DNA from: Candidatus Poribacteria bacterium
Lineage (GTDB): Bacteria; Poribacteria; WGA-4E; WGA-3G
Length of the DNA stretch: 64,000 nt
Direction of reading: 5' to 3'
Assembly: GCA_965215265.1 (NCBI GenBank)
Contig: OZ244048.1
Location: 3,807,812-3,871,811, forward strand
Each line of letters starts with the position of its first letter. Within the stretch, counting starts at the first letter, position 1. The notes beneath the pieces were generated by a model. It was not told where the DNA came from. It did no database searches and worked only from the letters and a program-made list of their open reading frames with translations. Position numbers and translations under genes: made by a program. Below, piece by piece: positions 62,851-64,000 of this stretch.

Positions 62851-64000
62851 TGAACAAAGAACACATCAGAGTCGCTCTTGCAGCAATATCCACTGGCCCC
62901 TTTTTACAAACCGCGAAAAACCTGCTCGCCACGCTCGGCTACCGCAGCGATTTGACAGAAGCATTCTCTGGAACAGCCGGCGACTTTATAGAGACTTTCC
63001 CCGCATTCAACTCAAACACTCAAACAGAACAAGCCCTCCGAAACCACGCAGCCTCGATACACTTCATCTTTCAACTCACAGACGCTGAAATAGATGCCGA
63101 AACGCAACAGCGGTTAACCCTCTTGGAAGGAAACGATGCCGGAAGTTTCTTTTTCTTCGCCGTAGAACTAAAAGAGAAAACCTACTCCCGCGGTGCGTAC
63201 GCAGAATTGACGCGAGAACTCAACAAGCGTCTGATTGTTCCGACGGTGGTGTTATTTCGTGTGTCAACCCGGCTAACCCTCGGTTTTGTGGGACGCCGTC
63301 CACACGCGCACCACCCAGAACGTGATGTTCTCCAACAAGTGACACTCATCAAGGACATTCGTCTGGAGGCGCCGCACCGTGCGCATCTGGATATCTTAGC
63401 GGAGCTGTCACGAACAGAATGCCTGAAGTGGATTGACGCCAATAAGAAACAGAAAAACTTAGCCGGGCTGCTATCCGCTTGGCTTGCGAAACTCAACACC
63501 GAAGCGCTCAACAAGCAGTTCTACCGAAGGTTGTTCAGCTGGTTCGAGTGGGCAGTGAGGGAAGCGAAGTTCCCGACAGCCGAGCTGAATCCGTTGGGTC
63601 CCGAGGAACACATCATCCGGCTCATCACGCGGCTGCTCTTTATATGGTTCTTGAAAGAAAAAGGGCTTGTCCCCGAGTGGCTTTTTGAAGATTCCGGGCA
63701 GAGTGAGCAGGTGAGCCTGCAAAACAACGCGCCGTCTGAAGAATCTGAGGAGAGAGGGCGGGTGGGCCTGCAAAACAACGAGCCGTCTGAATACCCCCCC
63801 CCTTACAGACGTTAAGTCTTCTGCCGAACTCCACGACAGAAAGCAGCCTGCACGCACACCTCAAAAACTTTAACCCCGACACATCCGACTACTACCAAGC
63901 CATCCTCCAAAACCTATTCTTTGCTACTCTCAACACACCCATAAATCAACGCGCCTTTAGCACACGCCGAAACCCAACCCACCGCGATTCAAGCAAATAT
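62850..64000 (+). pseudogene. MmeI-family Type IIL restriction-modification enzyme (N-terminal PD-ExK nuclease + helical linker; MTase part beyond window), frameshifted at C9 tract 63794-63802
   Basis: DAGSFFFFAVELKEK is like MmeI D..ILLIEMK. IIRLITRLLFIWFLKEKGLVPEWLF is like MmeI LVRLLFCLFAEDTTIFEKSLF. After the C9 tract the -1 frame continues ...NFNPDTSDYYQAILQNLFFATLNTP (MmeI HINTLFYVLNTP). A 30-nt direct repeat pair (63711-63740 / 63762-63791) sits just upstream of the tract. Confidence 0.7.

Overview
Dense bacterial chromosomal window (about 50% GC by eye). The organism cannot be named from sequence. The gene content (several PhyH-type dioxygenases, Gfo/Idh/MocA oxidoreductases, xylose-isomerase-like TIM barrel, two PfkB kinases, BNR propeller) fits a sugar-rich heterotroph. 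Core genes (guaB, tsaC, tsaD, murQ with a BadF-type kinase, a lolCDE-like ABC exporter, a 5'-truncated rhaM) are interleaved with clearly accessory, defence-flavoured DNA. (1) An hsdM-hsdS Type I pair with no hsdR, followed by an Rpn/YhgA-like PD-(D/E)XK gene, on a GC-richer segment. (2) A ~9 kb block (25.4-34.7 kb) of functionally unrelated minus-strand genes separated at almost every junction by two families of modular repeats. It contains an MT-A70 (DPPW) adenine methyltransferase next to a 919-aa protein with no recognisable motifs. This pair is my top candidate for an undescribed module. (3) A decayed locus in which a MotA/TolQ/ExbB-like (ZorA-like) ORF is joined to the C-terminal half of an SNF2-helicase/Mrr-nuclease gene carrying an in-frame stop. 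(4) An RM island with two different amino-MTases, a PD-(D/E)XK endonuclease candidate, a GNAT gene and an ANT(2'')/Lnu-family nucleotidyltransferase. (5) An MmeI-family Type IIL RM gene at the window end, interrupted at a C9 homopolymer and preceded by a 33-bp tandem duplication of its RBS. Also present: a TusA-like/DsrE-like/TusA-OsmC cluster with a duplicated upstream motif, several strong sigma70-like promoters, a long structured leader, and two gene fragments (GGT tail, SNF2-Mrr). All calls are from motif reading and ORF context only; no database search was run.
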